In this document: positions 1 through 13,759 of the stretch, piece after piece | How the letters are laid out: every line of letters starts with the position of its first letter | Numbering within the stretch: position 1 is the stretch's first letter | Source of the DNA: Octopus vulgaris | Taxonomy: Eukaryota | Reading direction: 5' to 3' | Length of the DNA stretch: 64,000 bases | NCBI GenBank assembly: GCA_951406725.2 | Contig: OX597814.1 | Location: forward strand, 28,334,001-28,398,000 | Notes under the pieces: generated by a model | The model's database searches: none | What the model saw: the letters and a program-made list of their open reading frames with translations, nothing else | What the model was told of the DNA's origin: nothing | Program-made: the position numbers and the translations under genes

Positions 1-61
1 TTGTTGGGGGGAGATGATGTGTTAGTATGTGTAGCAACATTACTGTTATTTATGTGGATGT

Positions 62-430
62 GGAGGCGTAATGGCCCAGTGGTTAGGGCAGCGGACTCGC
101 GGTTTCGATTCCCAGACCGGGCATTGTGAGTGTTTATTGAGCGAAAACACCTAAAGCTCCACGAGGCTCCGGCAGGAGGTGGTGGTGAACCCTGCTGTAC
201 TCTTTCACCACAACTTTCTCTCGCTCTTTCTTCCTGTTTCTCTTGTACCTGTATTTCAAAGGGCCAGCCTTGTCACACTCTGTGTCATGCTGAATCTCCT
301 CGAGAACTACGTTAAGGGTACACGTGTCTGTGGAGTGCTCAGTCACTTGCACGGTAATATCACGAGCAAGCTGTTCCGTTGATCGTATCAGCTGGGACCC
401 TCATCGTCGCAACCGACGGAGTGCTCCTAC
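62..430 (+). mobile_element. tRNA-derived SINE, head A + tail 1
   Basis: A-box-like tggcccagtgg and B-box-like gtttcgattccc. 12-bp TSD ttatgtggatgt at 50-61 and 431-442. Near-identical copy at 47541. Confidence 0.9.
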
Positions 431-767
431 TTATGTGGATGTAGTATTCAAATGTGTTTCACAAAAAGGTTTCTAGAAAACCCTCAATTCTTCGCAGCTG
501 AAGCGTTTTCTGGTTCTTAAGAAAGAAAATCTCATCTTTGTGACAGTTTTAATTGTTATATTCATACAGAATTACTAAGAAAGATCATAAGAAGTCGTAG
601 AACCTAGCATTTGTGGCGATTCAGGGTTTAACCACGTGTCTTAAAGGTGAGGTAATGTTTGTATCTATGGAGTGCTTATGTGTGCAAGTTTGTTTATTTA
701 TTTTACTTATTCTTTATGCATGTGTATATGTGCTTGTATATCCGCACGCTTATATATATAAATATAT

Positions 768-1184
768 GAGGGCGGCGAGCTGGCAGAATCGTTAGGATGC
801 CGGGCGAAATGCTTAGTGGTATTTCGTCTGCCGTTACGTTCTGAGTTCAAATTCCGTCGAGGTCGAGTTTGCCTTTCATCCTTTCGGGGTCGTTTAAATA
901 AGTACCAGTTACGCACTGGGGTCGATATAATCGACTTAATCCGTTTGTCTGTCCTTGTTTTGTCTTCTTTGTCTTTAGCCCCTTGTGGGTAGTAAAGAAA
1001 TAGGTATTTTATCTGCTGTTATGTTCTGAGTTCAAATTCCGCTGAGGTTGACTTTGCCTTTCATCCTTTCGGGGTCGATTAATTAAGTACCAGTTACGCA
1101 CTGGGTCGATGTAACCGACTTACTCCCTTTGTCTGCCCTTGTTTGTCCCCTCTAGGTTTAGCCCTCTGTGGGCAATAAAGAAAT
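768..1184 (+). mobile_element. Nin/Deu-domain SINE (family C), partial tandem dimer
   Basis: Head ggcggcgagctggcagaa and motif gcctttcatcctttcggggtcgat..aagtaccag, which occurs twice. Many copies in the window. Confidence 0.85.
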
Positions 1185-1272
1185 ATGTGTGTGTGTGTGT
1201 GTGTGTTAGCATTTGTTTATCCTACGCTGCTCAGCACACTGGGCGACACATTATATAACTGGTTAAATATTG

Positions 1273-1469
1273 GTTTAAAATTTTGGCACAAGGTCAGAAA
1301 TTTCGGGAGAGGGGATAATTCAATTACATCAACGCCAGTGATTTATTCTATCGAACCTGAAAGGATGAAAGGCAAAGCCCACCTCGGCGACTCAGAACGT
1401 AAAGACGGACGAAATGGCGCTGAACATTTTGCCCAGCGTGCTAACAGTTCTGCTAGCGAGCCGCCTTAA
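1273..1469 (-). mobile_element. Family C SINE, diverged
   Basis: Reverse-complement motifs gaaaggatgaaaggcaaag and gccgcctt. Confidence 0.75.
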
Positions 1470-1877
1470 CTAAGTTTAAATATTGTGGTTGCTTAACTCC
1501 AAGTCAGCTTTGATCGATCAGACCTATGATCAAAGACATTCTAACTGTGACCTTCCTGTCATTTTAGGGTTATGTAAGATTACATATGCCAACGTAAGCC
1601 TCCCTTACTTAAGACGATAGGGTATAAGTCGAAGGAATTTGGCTGTTATTTCAATAGATGGATGACCGCAAACAGGTTCCCGCTTTGACTCATAAAATTG
1701 GTTAATTGATATATGTAAGGATTTCGAAATATATGTTGCAGAGTGTTTATATGTGTATGTGAGTGTGAGCGCGAATGTGAATATGTGCACGAATGCGCGC
1801 GTGTAAGTGTATATGTGTGCGTGCGTGCGTGCGTGTGTGTTAGTGTATGTCAGTGTGAGCGTGTGTGTGAGTGCACA

Positions 1878-2274
1878 TCTTTGTATATAAAAGTGAAGTT
1901 GTGTGTCTGTCTCCTACGATTTAGATTCCTAACTACTCTCACATTTTGCGGTGCAGTTTAACCAAAACCGGGTATCTTATAGTCGTGATTCATATCGAGC
2001 CCTTCTGGGTATTAGTGCGCGTCTACGAAGAGTCTACGATTTAAAAAAAAAATTACCATAATTTTTTTCCATTTTAATGCATTTTTTCGCTATTATATAA
2101 GGGAAGTAACTCTCTAAAAATGTCTACGATGAGTCAACGATTTAAAAAAAAATTTACCATCATTTTTTTCCATTTTTAATGCATTTTTTTGCTATTTTTT
2201 GGCTATAACTCTCTAAAAATGCTTATATAGTTATTTCCCTTACAAACCCGAGCAACACCGGGCGATACTGCTAG
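1878..2274 (+). mobile_element. Non-autonomous Helitron
   Basis: A|TC start, CTAG|T end, subterminal hairpin cccgagcaacaccggg, no TSD. Copies at 45166 and 50535. Confidence 0.85.
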
Positions 2275-2778
2275 TACTGTATGTTTCTGTATACTTTCAT
2301 ATATCTAAAAGTGCATATAAACTTTTGGATGTGTGCATTCGTGTGTGGGGGTTTGTTAGTGTACATGCATGTAACCTGTATGTTGTATGTGCTTATGTAT
2401 GCATGCATGTCTGTGCACCCGAGTGTGTGTATGTCAAATGTGTGTGTATGTGTGTGTGTGTGTGTGCGTATATACCTGTATTTAATTTGCGCTCACTACT
2501 TTATACGCTTCTATACGTAAGCTGTTCTATGTGTTTGTATGCGCATGTGTGAGTGTTCATGCAGGTCTATAAATATACATTTCTCTACGCGCTCATGTGT
2601 GCGCACGTGCTTTTGTGCATACAAACATACATATAGTATTGTAAGTAAAAGTACATATACATCGTCCATATCCCCAACACATTTCATTTCTCTCTGCTTC
2701 CAGACTCACCTCTCTTCCACCCGTTTCCACAAATAAAATCCTTCCTACAACACCCTACAACACCCCCAACACCCTCAC

Positions 2779-2865
2779 CCACATGTCACTTTTCGTCTTG
2801 TTTTTTTTTTGCTGTCTGGGACGTGAAATGGAGCAGGGTGAGAAAAATAGTCAACCACACTGTAC
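2779..2865 (-). CDS. Candidate 87-bp internal exon (YSVVDYFSHPAPFHVPDSKKKTRRKVTC)
   Basis: On the minus strand, a pyrimidine-rich tract and ttag| acceptor, a |gtgagg donor, length a multiple of 3, and one open frame. No homology recognised. Confidence 0.25.
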
Positions 2866-2902
2866 CTAACAATGTCAGCAGACGAGACAGACGCGAAAAG
2901 AA

Positions 2903-2905
<3 letters not shown>

Positions 2906-2948
<43 letters not shown>

Positions 2949-3015
2949 TAATAATAATAATGATAATGATGATGATGATGACGGCAACAACAACAACAAT
3001 AATAATAATAATGAT

Positions 3016-3061
<46 letters not shown>

Positions 3062-3127
3062 TCTTTTTATTGGCCACAAGGGCTGACAAACATGATTGGA
3101 ATAATAATAATGATAATAATAATAATA

Positions 3128-3165
<38 letters not shown>

Positions 3166-3204
3166 AATAGTAATAATAATAACAGCAACAACAATAACGA
3201 TAAT
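2906..3204. repeat. (AAT)n/(GAT)n trinucleotide microsatellite complex
   Basis: Visible directly. Explains the poly-N, poly-I and poly-L ORFs. Confidence 0.95.
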
Positions 3205-3308
3205 CTTTTCTTTATTGGCAAAAAAGAGTCCACATACATATGACATGGTACAAAGAGGGTAATAAAATGTGTAGGGAAACACACACACACACACACACAC
3301 ACACCGTC

Positions 3309-4219
3309 GGATCTCGATCACAGATTTTTTTATTATTATTTTTTAACTAAACAGTTTGAAACGTGGAATACTGGTAGAATTTCTCACGTAGAACATGGTT
3401 CACTCTAAATGTTTTTGACAAAGTTTTGTATTTTAGAAGTTATTTCGTGTTAAAGCTGTCGTATTTGGGTAATTTCAACCAATCAACTACGTGTATTGGG
3501 TTGAAGAAAGCCACTGCTGTTTGCGATAGTAATCGAAGAGGAACAGCTTCCGGGTCATCTCTACTAAATTTCAACACTCTGTTCTATTCGTATGGCGAGC
3601 GAAGGCAATGCCACCTTTATCCTTTCTTCCTTTCTAGTCATCACCGTGCATTCCTTACTCTTTCCCTCCCTTCTACACAGTCAATTAGCCAGCAGCGAGC
3701 GAACTTGTCACTGCTACTACAACTACCGTATTTTCCTGTGTGTAAGCCGCTATTTGTTTTGTTTTACCTTCATATTTTGATAATGCTATTTTATTTATCT
3801 TATAAAGACTTTTATATTGATGAAATGTGTTGTTGATTATAGTAAGATAAAATCACGACAAGAACAATACATTTCATAGTTGTAAAATAAGGCATTTTGA
3901 AACTACATATACGTCAACAACACAAAGAGCTAGCTGCGGGTCGTGGTGACATTTAGTAGAGATGACCCGGAAGTTGATCCTCTTCGATTACTATCGCAAA
4001 CAGCAGTAGCTTTCTCCAGCCGAATACACATCGTTGATTGGTTGAAATTACCCAAACAGGCAACTTTAACATGAAATAATTTCTAAAATACGAAACTTTG
4101 TCAAACACGTTCACAGTAAACCGTGTTCTACGTGAGAAATTATACTATTATTCGAAGTTTCGAACTGTTTAATTAAAAGAAATTAATTTAAAAATCTGTG
4201 ATTGAGATGGAATAGATCC
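3309..4219. mobile_element. MITE with ~265-bp TIRs (Merlin-like)
   Basis: GGATC...GATCC ends. ~3312-3577 is the inverted copy of ~3944-4208. 9-bp TSD cacaccgtc / cacatcgtc. Confidence 0.85.
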
Positions 4220-4450
4220 CACATCGTCAAACAATATATCACTGGTTGACGCGAAATTGATGGTGCCATTCTGATCAGTTATGTCCCGTAACCAGTAATA
4301 TAATTACTTCGCTATATAAAACTGTACCCACTCTACTATTTATATTGTAAGTCTTTTGCTCCCGACTTATGGACAATATATATATGCATGTGTACGTGTG
4401 TGCGTGAGAGTATTAGTGTGTTTGTTTGTTTGTTTGTTTGTTTGTTTGTT

Positions 4451-4488
<38 letters not shown>

Positions 4489-7042
4489 GATAGGAGAGAC
4501 TTGATTGTTTCGGTTGTGTTCAGGCAAATTGTAACTAGAATTACATTATACATGTTCTTCTTGTTTTATATATTGTGATTTGAGAGAGATTAAGCAGGTA
4601 TTTCTAGAAGGTCGAGCATCTGGATCGAGATTTTTTCATTGGTTCGTTGGAAGTATACAGTTGTTGTTGTTGTTTTTTTCTCTCATTCAGTCAGAAAGGA
4701 AAATAGTATCCATGATTTTTTTTAAGGCTTTTCGAGACTTTTGGGTGGAGAGGAAGATATCCTAAAATCAGAGACCTGATGCAAATGCTTCCAACTAAGT
4801 AGACACCGCTAAAAACACCCGAAGTGTCTGGTAGTAATATTAAATCAGATAACAGATTAAATCTATCACTCATGTAGACCACGGCCGGATTTGAACACAG
4901 AAGCGCAAAGAGCCGGAACGGGGCAGCACAATGTAACTGGTACAATGTTTTTACAGTTGCACCAACCCCCAATTCTGGATTGGTACTTTTTTATAGATAC
5001 TAAAAGGATAAAAACAAAGCTGACCTCTGTAACATTTGATCTAAGAGCGCAGAGTCGGAATAGATCCTGCGACGCATTTATCTTCTCCTCTAAGGACTCT
5101 ACCAGTTCGCCGCCTTTCTGGAAAAATCATGCTGATGGTTGGAATCCTATAAACCATGGCACAATTGGAGCCTTACTGAAACCTTGTGTCTCCCACAACA
5201 GGTTGTGTGGTATGCTTCATGCTATTCTTTTCTACGACTCTAATCAGTGAGGATGCACTGCTTCTGATAAAGTGGTACATTTCAGAAGCCTTCACGGATA
5301 TCTACTAATTAGATGCGTTTTAAAATTTGCAGCAAAACTGTCGTTGATTATTTCTTTTTAATGTAACCACACTCGCTCGTATAAAATGGATCAAGCCGAT
5401 TCCACAAACCCCTTTTCGAACTCTTTTTGAAGTAATTTCACATCATTAACACCGCTAATGACGGAGAGGAGGAGGAACACGAAAAACCCCATTTTCCAAT
5501 AAGCCACTTCACATAAAAGAGACCTCCATGGTTTAATAAAGGCCTTTACGTTTTATGCTTTAAAACCAATATAACTACATTCACGTTTATTTTTTCACTG
5601 ACGATTTCGATTTCATATAATGCATCTAGTGCAAGTCAGCTCTATAGAACCCGGTCCTTTATCAAGTATTGAAAACTAATGAAACTGTTTCATTTACAAT
5701 TTAACGCTTCTGCGTATACCAGAGTTGTTCTTATGCTGTGGTTCTTTGATACATCACCATTAACAATCATTTGGGTGCTGTGATGTTTTTATTTTTTAAC
5801 CATGGACAGTGCAGTGTTAAATATTGAAAACTGCTGACATCTCGACTTGTCTAATATCTCGCCGAGATAGCCATACACTTTCTCCTATTTTTATAACACA
5901 GCTCTTCTAACCCAAAGAACATTTCAAACAACTTATAACGTGCAGTAATAATGCAAAAAGTCTTTCTGGACGCTGCTACATAATTCGATTTAAGGCAAAT
6001 ATCACAAATATTGATTAACTGTCGGAATTATTAACGAGCTTGAAAGTTCAATACGGTATAGATTGTTCGATTTTGACAAATAAAATACCACGCCGCTACA
6101 AATACATATTTTCTGTATGTGACTCGAAGGTGTAAAATAGTCGCTGTTTTATTCTTTCTTTTTATGCCTTTCATTATCTAGTATTTCTTATATCGATTCA
6201 TTATAAACTCTAGGAGTTGTTAGAGCAGTAGAGTTGTGTTGTTCTCCTGGTAAACTGAGCAATTTCACTGCCCTTAAGCATTATACTTCTGATTTATGGT
6301 TGTATTCAATATAGTGGCATGGAAACTGAATTTCTCCTGTGGCTTTGACTTGTATTTTACAGTTATTCAATGAAATTCCGTTATCGACTTTCCGTTGCAA
6401 TTTGTTTATATGGTCATTCATTCTCGGGGAAGTATATTTCTACTTAGAGGTATTGATGAGGCTTGACCGCAGTGAATTACAATTAAATAAACAGGTAGCA
6501 ATCTCTTTTAATAAAAACACTTTTCCCTCTTAAGCTATTATCGATGGATTTTATTTTAGAAACTCATAATTTTTTTAAAACTGTCCCCTACTTCTCAAAG
6601 ACGTTGTTACATCTGATCCTTTTGGATTGAACTTTTTAAGTGACTTGTCTTTTCCCAGTGAATTCCTCGGAATGAGCCCTCTTATAAATACAATATTTTA
6701 ACAGTCAAATATAAACACTTACTTTCAGTTATATACATCATTCAGCTTAAAATAGTAGCTAAATCTCTCTCAAAGCACGCCCTACCCTCTTGCGAAAAGA
6801 CAACACTGAACTGTGTATTTCTGCAATGATGTACTTATAAAAAGATGGGAAGGTCACGGCCAGAATGCCTTTGCACACTGAGTCTAAACATTGACAAAAC
6901 TAACAACAATATAATAATGTTTTTCTTGCTTTCCAATAAGCTTCGACGTGCACGGCATTTTCGGCTTGTCTCAAGACGGTAGTATCTGTTACAAAATAGA
7001 TATGCTTGTGTTTCAAGAACTTATAGTAGCTGTTTTCTCTCT

Positions 7043-7349
7043 CCTTGTGAGTGGATTTGGTAGACGGAAACTGAAAGAAGCCCATCCTATGTATATATAT
7101 GTGTGTGCGTGTGTGTGTGTGTGTGTGTGAGAGTGTGTGTCTGTGTGTCTATGTTTGTCCATCCACCATCGATTGACAACCGATGTTGTTGTGTTTACGC
7201 CCTCGTAACTTATCGATCCAGCAAAAGAGGCTGATAAATAAGTACTGGGCTTACAAAGAATAAGTCCCGGGGTCGATTTGTTCGACTAAAAGCGGTGCTC
7301 CAGCATGGCCGCAATCAAATGACTGAAACAAATAATAGAATAAAAGAAT
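7043..7349 (+). mobile_element. CORE-like SINE (family B), 5'-truncated
   Basis: gtgagtggatttggtagacggaaactgaaagaag and tail ccagcatggccgca...gactgaaac. Confidence 0.85.
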
Positions 7350-7392
7350 ATATTTGTATGTATGTATCTCATGTGTGTGTGTGTGTGTGCGC

Positions 7393-7424
<32 letters not shown>

Positions 7425-7583
7425 GAATATATCTATGTGTATGTGTCTTTGTATCTGTGTTTGGGGCTCATCACTGCTTGACAATCGGTGTTGGTGTGTT
7501 ACAAAATTCCTGTAACTTAGTTCTTCTTCTTCTTCGCACATGCTTTTGTATTTTTTACATATATTTTTAAAGATATTTTTATA

Positions 7584-8150
7584 GGATCTTTTCTAAAAGA
7601 TGGACAGAATTTTCTACTTAACTAAATAATTTGAAACTTCGTATACTGGTAGAATGTGTCAAAAGAAAACATTAATTTCAATTAATTTTTTTGAGAAAAA
7701 TGTATTTTGTAACTTTTACGTAGTTTAATTCTTCGAATTTTAACCAATCGTATTCTCTGTTTTGAGCTCAATTCAATTCTGCCGTGTTATTCATCCTTAT
7801 CACACAACAAACACACACACGCACACACATACACAACAAAAACACACACGCACAAGTAATCGTTCCGTAAGTCAGGGATGACATTGAAATAAACATGCGA
7901 GAAGCCTTTGAAGACAGAAAACAGAAGACAGTGATAAGGATGAATAACACGGCATAAATGAATTGAGCTCAAAACAGAGAATACGATTGGTTAAAATTCG
8001 AAGAATTAAACTACGTAAAAGTTACAAAATACATTTTTCTCAAAAAAACTAATTGAAATTAATGTTTTCTTTTGACACATTCTACCAGTATACGAAGTTT
8101 CAAATTATTTAGTTAAGTAGAAAATTCTGTCCATTTTTTAGAAAAGATCC
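7584..8150. mobile_element. MITE with ~220-bp TIRs (Merlin-like)
   Basis: ggatcttttc...gaaaagatcc ends. Arms 7584-7803 and 7931-8150. Exact 8-bp TSD tttttata. Confidence 0.92.
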
Positions 8151-8561
8151 TTTTTATATTCTTTTCTCTTTTCTGTGCATATTTTTTGGTATGTATAATT
8201 GTAAGAAAAGGTCTTTTGCCATTTAAGTAACTAGTAAAATGTATATATTTTTCATTTTGAAAGCGGCTATTTGAAGCTCGATACGCATATCAGAGTAACC
8301 CACTATAAACACTGTTATTAAGATTAAAATAAAAATAATCCCCTCAAAAGTACCATCTCTACTCCATTTTTGAAATATATATAATACTGAAGCAGCAGGC
8401 AATGAAGCTGTCACCAGAAAACTCGTCACCGGAAAACTCGTTATACTAAAAATACCAGCTAAAGATCTAAACGTCTCTAACAGAAAGACATTGAATAGAA
8501 TAATTCCCCGTTTGAACTTTTTTAACTATATATATATGTGTGCGTGCGGACTAAAAATATG

Positions 8562-9682
8562 GGATCTTTTCTTTTTGAAGGCCAGATTTTCCTAGTTAAC
8601 TAAAAAATTTGAAACTTCGTATACTGGTAGAATGTGTCAAAAGAAAACATTATTGTAAACAAAATTGAAAACAAAATTGTTATTCGTAACTTAAACGTAG
8701 TTTAATTTTTACGAATTTTAACCAATGAAATCCCAACATCTTCGAATTTTAACCAATGAAATCCCAGCATTGCTGCGTTATCGATATTGATAAAGAAATA
8801 TAGCAGACGCACCACACACACACACACATTTGCACAAGCACATAGTAATTAATATATAAGCGTACACACACATACAAACGGACATATATATATACACACA
8901 CACACACACACATAGTAATTAATATATAAGCGTACACACACACACAAACGGACATATATATACACACACACACATAGTAATTAATATATAAGCGTACACA
9001 CACATACAAACGGAGATATACATACACACACATACGCACACAAGCAAAAATACACGTTCGTGTTTTGCCACTTGCCGCAACAAATTTGCACAAAAGGTAA
9101 ATAAACCAGAAGGGGGTGTGGGGTCAATGTTTCATCGTTTCGGGGTCGATAAATTAAGTACCAATTACGCACTGGTGTCGAGGATTTTTTTCCCAATTTA
9201 TATCACAGCTTCCGACAAGCTGGGGGCATCCTTTTATGAAAAAATATCTCGCAAATTTTTACAATACGACTCACACTCCACGCGCAAACTCGAGACCGAT
9301 TTAGGCATATTATTGTTTTGTTTTTGTTGTTTCTGGCCCTTCAAAACCATGGGAGAAGCCCTTTCGTTAAAAAAAAATAAAGAAAATATTCAAAAAATAT
9401 CGTTAATATTTTTATTGGGCGACGAAATTAATCGATTTAAGAGATATAGCTGTTATTTCTAGCACATGTAGAAGACAGAAGAAGAGGTAAATAATTTGAG
9501 CTCGAATGCTGCGATTTCATTGGTTAAAATTCTTAAAATTAAACTACGTTTAAGTTACGAATTTCAATTTTGTTTTCAATTTTGTTTACAATAATGTTTT
9601 CTTTTGACACATTCTACCAGTATACGAAGTTTCAAATTTTTTAGTTAACTAGGAAAATCTGGCCTTCAAAAAGAAAAGATCC
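8562..9682. mobile_element. MITE with ~180-bp TIRs (Merlin-like)
   Basis: ggatcttttc...gaaaagatcc ends and exact 8-bp TSD aaaatatg. Contains an internal short tandem repeat and a family C SINE fragment. Confidence 0.92.
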
Positions 9683-9709
9683 AAAATATGCGGATGCACA
9701 AACGCACAA

Positions 9710-10115
9710 AACGGAGAAAATGAAACAAATATGGACGACTTGTTCCCAAACACCCCCGAGTGGTGAACCGTCCTCAAAAGTAAACTGCCCCCCTCATCGT
9801 TTTCCCCCCAAATTCCTATGTTCTCGGAATGTACATAGTCCGAAGTTTATTTGTAGAAAATTTCATTAAAAAAAAATCTATTTTCTTGAAAGTTAAAACG
9901 AATTGAAGTGGACGCCGGTAAATTTTCCGAAATTCCTCACCCCACCCCTCCTAAAACACTTTCCTCCAAAAGTTTTGCATATTCGGAATCTACATGATAT
10001 AACACATATTCGTAAAAAATTTCATTAAAAAATATCCATTTTTCTGAAAGTTATGATCATCCAAAGTCGGTGGGGGGGTTGGGCAAGAATCTGTAGTTAT
10101 GCCTAATTAACAAAC
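9710..10115 (+). mobile_element. Possible Helentron/HINE-like non-autonomous repeat
   Basis: Twice-repeated aaatttcattaaaaaa..tttt.tgaaagtta module (~9857 and ~10018), resembling molluscan HINE internal repeats. Confidence 0.3.
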
Positions 10116-10152
10116 AAATATATTGATTACTCAGCAACAAAAATATAAACAA

Positions 10153-10628
10153 ATGGCTGTGTGGTAAGTAGCTTGCTAACCAGCCACATGGTTCCGGGTT
10201 CAGTCCCACTGCGTGGCATCTTGGGCAAGTGTCTTCTGCTATAGCCCCGGGCTGACCAATGCCTTGTAAGTGGATTTGGTAGACGGAAACTGAAAGAAGC
10301 CTGTCGTATATATGTATATATATATATATATAAGTGTGTGTGTATATGTTTGTGTGTCTGTGTTTGTCCCCCTAGCATTGCTTGACAACCGATGCTGGTG
10401 TGTTTACGTCCCCGTAACTTAGCGGTTCGGCAAAAGAGACCGATAGAATAAGTACTGGGCTTACAAAAGAATAAGTCCCGGGGTCGATTTGCTCGACTGA
10501 CCGATAGAATAAGTACTGGGCTTACAAAAGAATAAGTCCCGGGGTCGATTTGCTCGACTAAAGGCGGTGCTCCAGCATGGCCGAAGTCAAATGACTGAAA
10601 CAAGTAAAAGAGTAAAGAGTAAAGAGAG
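10153..10628 (+). mobile_element. Family B SINE with internal ~60-bp duplication
   Basis: Head tggctgtgtggtaag, B-box ggttcagtccc, CORE-like cttgggcaagtgtctt, internal microsatellite and gagtaaa tail. Confidence 0.92.
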
Positions 10629-10679
10629 TCTGAGTATGAAATAGACCTTCTAATAAATTCATGGTACTATTTTTCCCCA

Positions 10680-11992
10680 GACGGAGAACATAGACACATT
10701 GTGCTGGAACCTAATAGCCGAACGTAGAGTTCTTAAGAAATCGCTCCGTGAAGTAGATTCGAAACTAAAACAAATTGAAGCGGCATTTAAATTAATTAAC
10801 AGACATTTTGAAAAACTCCAACGTGTTTTCTCTTCAAATACTGTTCAACAGCAACAACGATACACCACCACAGCAGCAACAACAACAACAACCATAACAT
10901 CAACGACAACCACCACCACCACCACGGCAACAATAACAACGACAACCACCACAACAGCAACAACAACAATCACCACAGCAACAACAACCACCGCAGCAGC
11001 AACAGCAACAACCATAACATCAACGGCAACCACCACAGTAACAACAACAATCACCACAGCAACAACAACAATCACCACATCAACAACAGCAACAACAACC
11101 ATAACATCAACGACAACAATAACAACGACAACCACCACAACAGCAACAACAACAACCATAACATCAACGACAACCACCACAGTGACAACAACAATCACCA
11201 CAGCAACAACAACAACTACCGCAGCAACAACAACAACAACCACCGCAGTAACAACAACAACAACCACCGCAGTAACAACAACAAAAACCACCGCAGCAAC
11301 AACAACAACCATAACATCAACGGCAACCACCACCACAACGACAACCATCACAGCAACAACAACTGATTCAGCCTCAACCTCCAACAGCCCCTTAATTCAA
11401 CCACAATTGATGACCTACTTAATGAAGCGGTCAACTTCTCAGATTCCAGCTGTTCACAGCCCATTCAACAACCAGAGTGTATTACCCACCCACCCATCAA
11501 CAACAGCAACAAATACAACAAGACGACACCACAGCGACGACAACTACAGCTACAACAACAACCACCACAAAAACAGCAACAGACACAGCTTCAACCTACT
11601 ACTACTACTATTCCAATTTGTGATCAACCAACTAAATGCTTACTTGATGACTCCTTAATGAATTTGCCAAAACATAATTGTACACAAATTAAAATCTATG
11701 CCACTCACAGCCTACGCACGACCCCCCACCCCAAATATGCCGTTATTCACTGCGCGTGAGGTTGTGCACTGACACTGATTGCAAATTCACTCATTTACCA
11801 GGAACTAGGCGCTCAATTCCTACTCACAACTGCAGCCAATACAAAAGTGCACATTCTAAAGCAACGCCACCACCACCACCACCACCACCACCACCGCATT
11901 CACCAAACTTTAAAAATAAAAATCACGTAACATGGAACCCTAAAACCTGCCGCTATTCTCAGCGTGATGGATTGATTGTATCTACAGCATGA
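10680..11992 (+). pseudogene. Probable LINE ORF1 remnant (coiled coil, Thr-rich expansion, CCCH finger)
   Basis: Coiled-coil-like LKKSLREVDSKLKQIEAAFKLI, an ACN-codon tract, and CRYSLRVRLCTDTDCKFTH (C-x8-C-x4-C-x3-H). Lies upstream of an APE endonuclease. Confidence 0.55.
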
Positions 11993-12359
11993 TTATCCAT
12001 TTACCCATATTCACCCATACCTAGATACAACTCACTCAACAAGAACTCACTACTTGAATGGACCATAAGCAAAACTTGACTTAAACAGGATTTTAGATAA
12101 TCCTATCAGGTGGTGCTATTAAGTTAGACTTGGCCTGGACCAATCTTTGGTCGAAACATATCTAAGTTTTATCCCGGGGTCTCAAAACCCACAACCACAA
12201 ACATTTTCAGTTCCCTAAACTTTTTTTAGCCATAATGAATCTGGCAAAAGTGCTACATAGGAACATTCTAACTATCACACGATGGCACCCTCCGCCAAAA
12301 CCCTGTTGCACAAATTCCCATTGCTGCCATTAACAAGCAAATCCCCCAAACTGTCAAAA

Positions 12360-13290
12360 TCAGCCACCACTATCGCTTCAACATTTTTGCTCAATATACA
12401 AGGCATCAGTCCTTCCACCAATGCCCCAAAATGGAAGATCCAATTTATTGAGGATTGAGTTAATGACCAGCCACACCATATCCCATTCTTCGTCCTCACA
12501 GAGACCTATTTCAATAGAGAGTGAAGAATTTTAAAATTATCCGAGCAGATCATGTTGGCAGAAGAAAGGGTGGGATCGCCATTTTCGTGCACGATTCTCT
12601 TTCGGCTGAAGCAATGGAGTATTTACCAATGGCTACCTTGAAGCAGCTTCTGTGTACAATAAAACCAACAATTTAATAATAGTTAGGCTCTATAGGCTAC
12701 CCTAACTCCTATACTACGCTTCAAGGTATGTCTTAACAGTGTTAAGTATTTCGTCCTTCAGTGTCATGTCGACAACATATTAATGGGGGAATTCAACCTT
12801 CCCAGTGTTGATTGGTCCACAAACAGCTTGAAACCAGGTTTTACCACCTCAACCCCCTGATAAGGAATCAATAGGAGTGCTGTTTGATTTCATGGATGAG
12901 TTTTTTTTCTGATCCAACTTGTTCTCGAACCAACAAGGTATAAAAACACTGAATATTCAGTAACCACAACTGACACTATTCACAACATTACAGTGGAAAA
13001 AACACCACTACTCTCAGACCATGACATGGTTCTCTGTGATCTGAGATTCTACCATCCAAAGAGCAGACCCAATGACATCTCTCCAACCCATCCATTTGAC
13101 ACTATGGATTTTCATAATGCAGACAGGGATGTGATCAATCATGATCTTTCACAGCTTGACTGGGCCTTCACACACGCACACCCTCCCATTAACATAAACA
13201 TATCATGGCAGACATTTATAGAAACTGTAACAAATATATGCGCAAAACACAGCCCATTAAGATCAGTAAACAGATATCTAAGTCCAGAAT
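12360..13290 (+). pseudogene. LINE ORF2 APE endonuclease remnant
   Basis: Motifs LLNIQG, VLTETYF, RADHVGRRKGGIAIFVHD, LMGEFNLPSVDW and LLSDH, with stops and frameshifts. Confidence 0.88.
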
Positions 13291-13759
13291 CCCTGGAAAT
13301 AGTAGAGCAAGTATCAGAAAAAAAAATTGTATTACTCTACCTTAGGTATTCGAGCACTATTTTTTCTACTTTGTTTTGCCGTATGTGCTTACTTGTGTAT
13401 GTGTATATATGTATAACAACAGATTTATTCAGCCTCACAAGTTTCATAGACAGGTGGTGGTTGCATGGATGAGGAAGGAACATTAACCGCATTTATCTGT
13501 CTGGTCTCTGGTCTTTGAGATCTTAAGAAAGCCATGGCAGAACTCCTTCTCCTAGGCCAAACCAATAAAAAAATATATAAAAAATATGAATGTTAAAAAA
13601 CATAGTAACGCGTAATGGAACGAAATAATATTAAAAGCGTAAACAATAAAAAGCGAAAAGGATAATTAAAGAATGGACATTTAGGTGAAAGGGTGTTGAA
13701 CGGGGTGGAAAGGTGTCTGTTATAAATGAGTGTGCTGAGTAGGACGATGGTGAAATCCA

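Noticed and set aside
62-130. tRNA genes at SINE heads
   Set aside because: A and B boxes are present, but the sequence continues into SINE bodies with TSDs and no complete cloverleaf was seen.
2775-3321. Poly-N, poly-I and poly-L ORFs
   Set aside because: Translations of (AAT)n/(GAT)n microsatellites.
10127-10603. Recurrent peptide [29 protein letters not shown]
   Set aside because: Antisense translation of the family B SINE, not a gene family.
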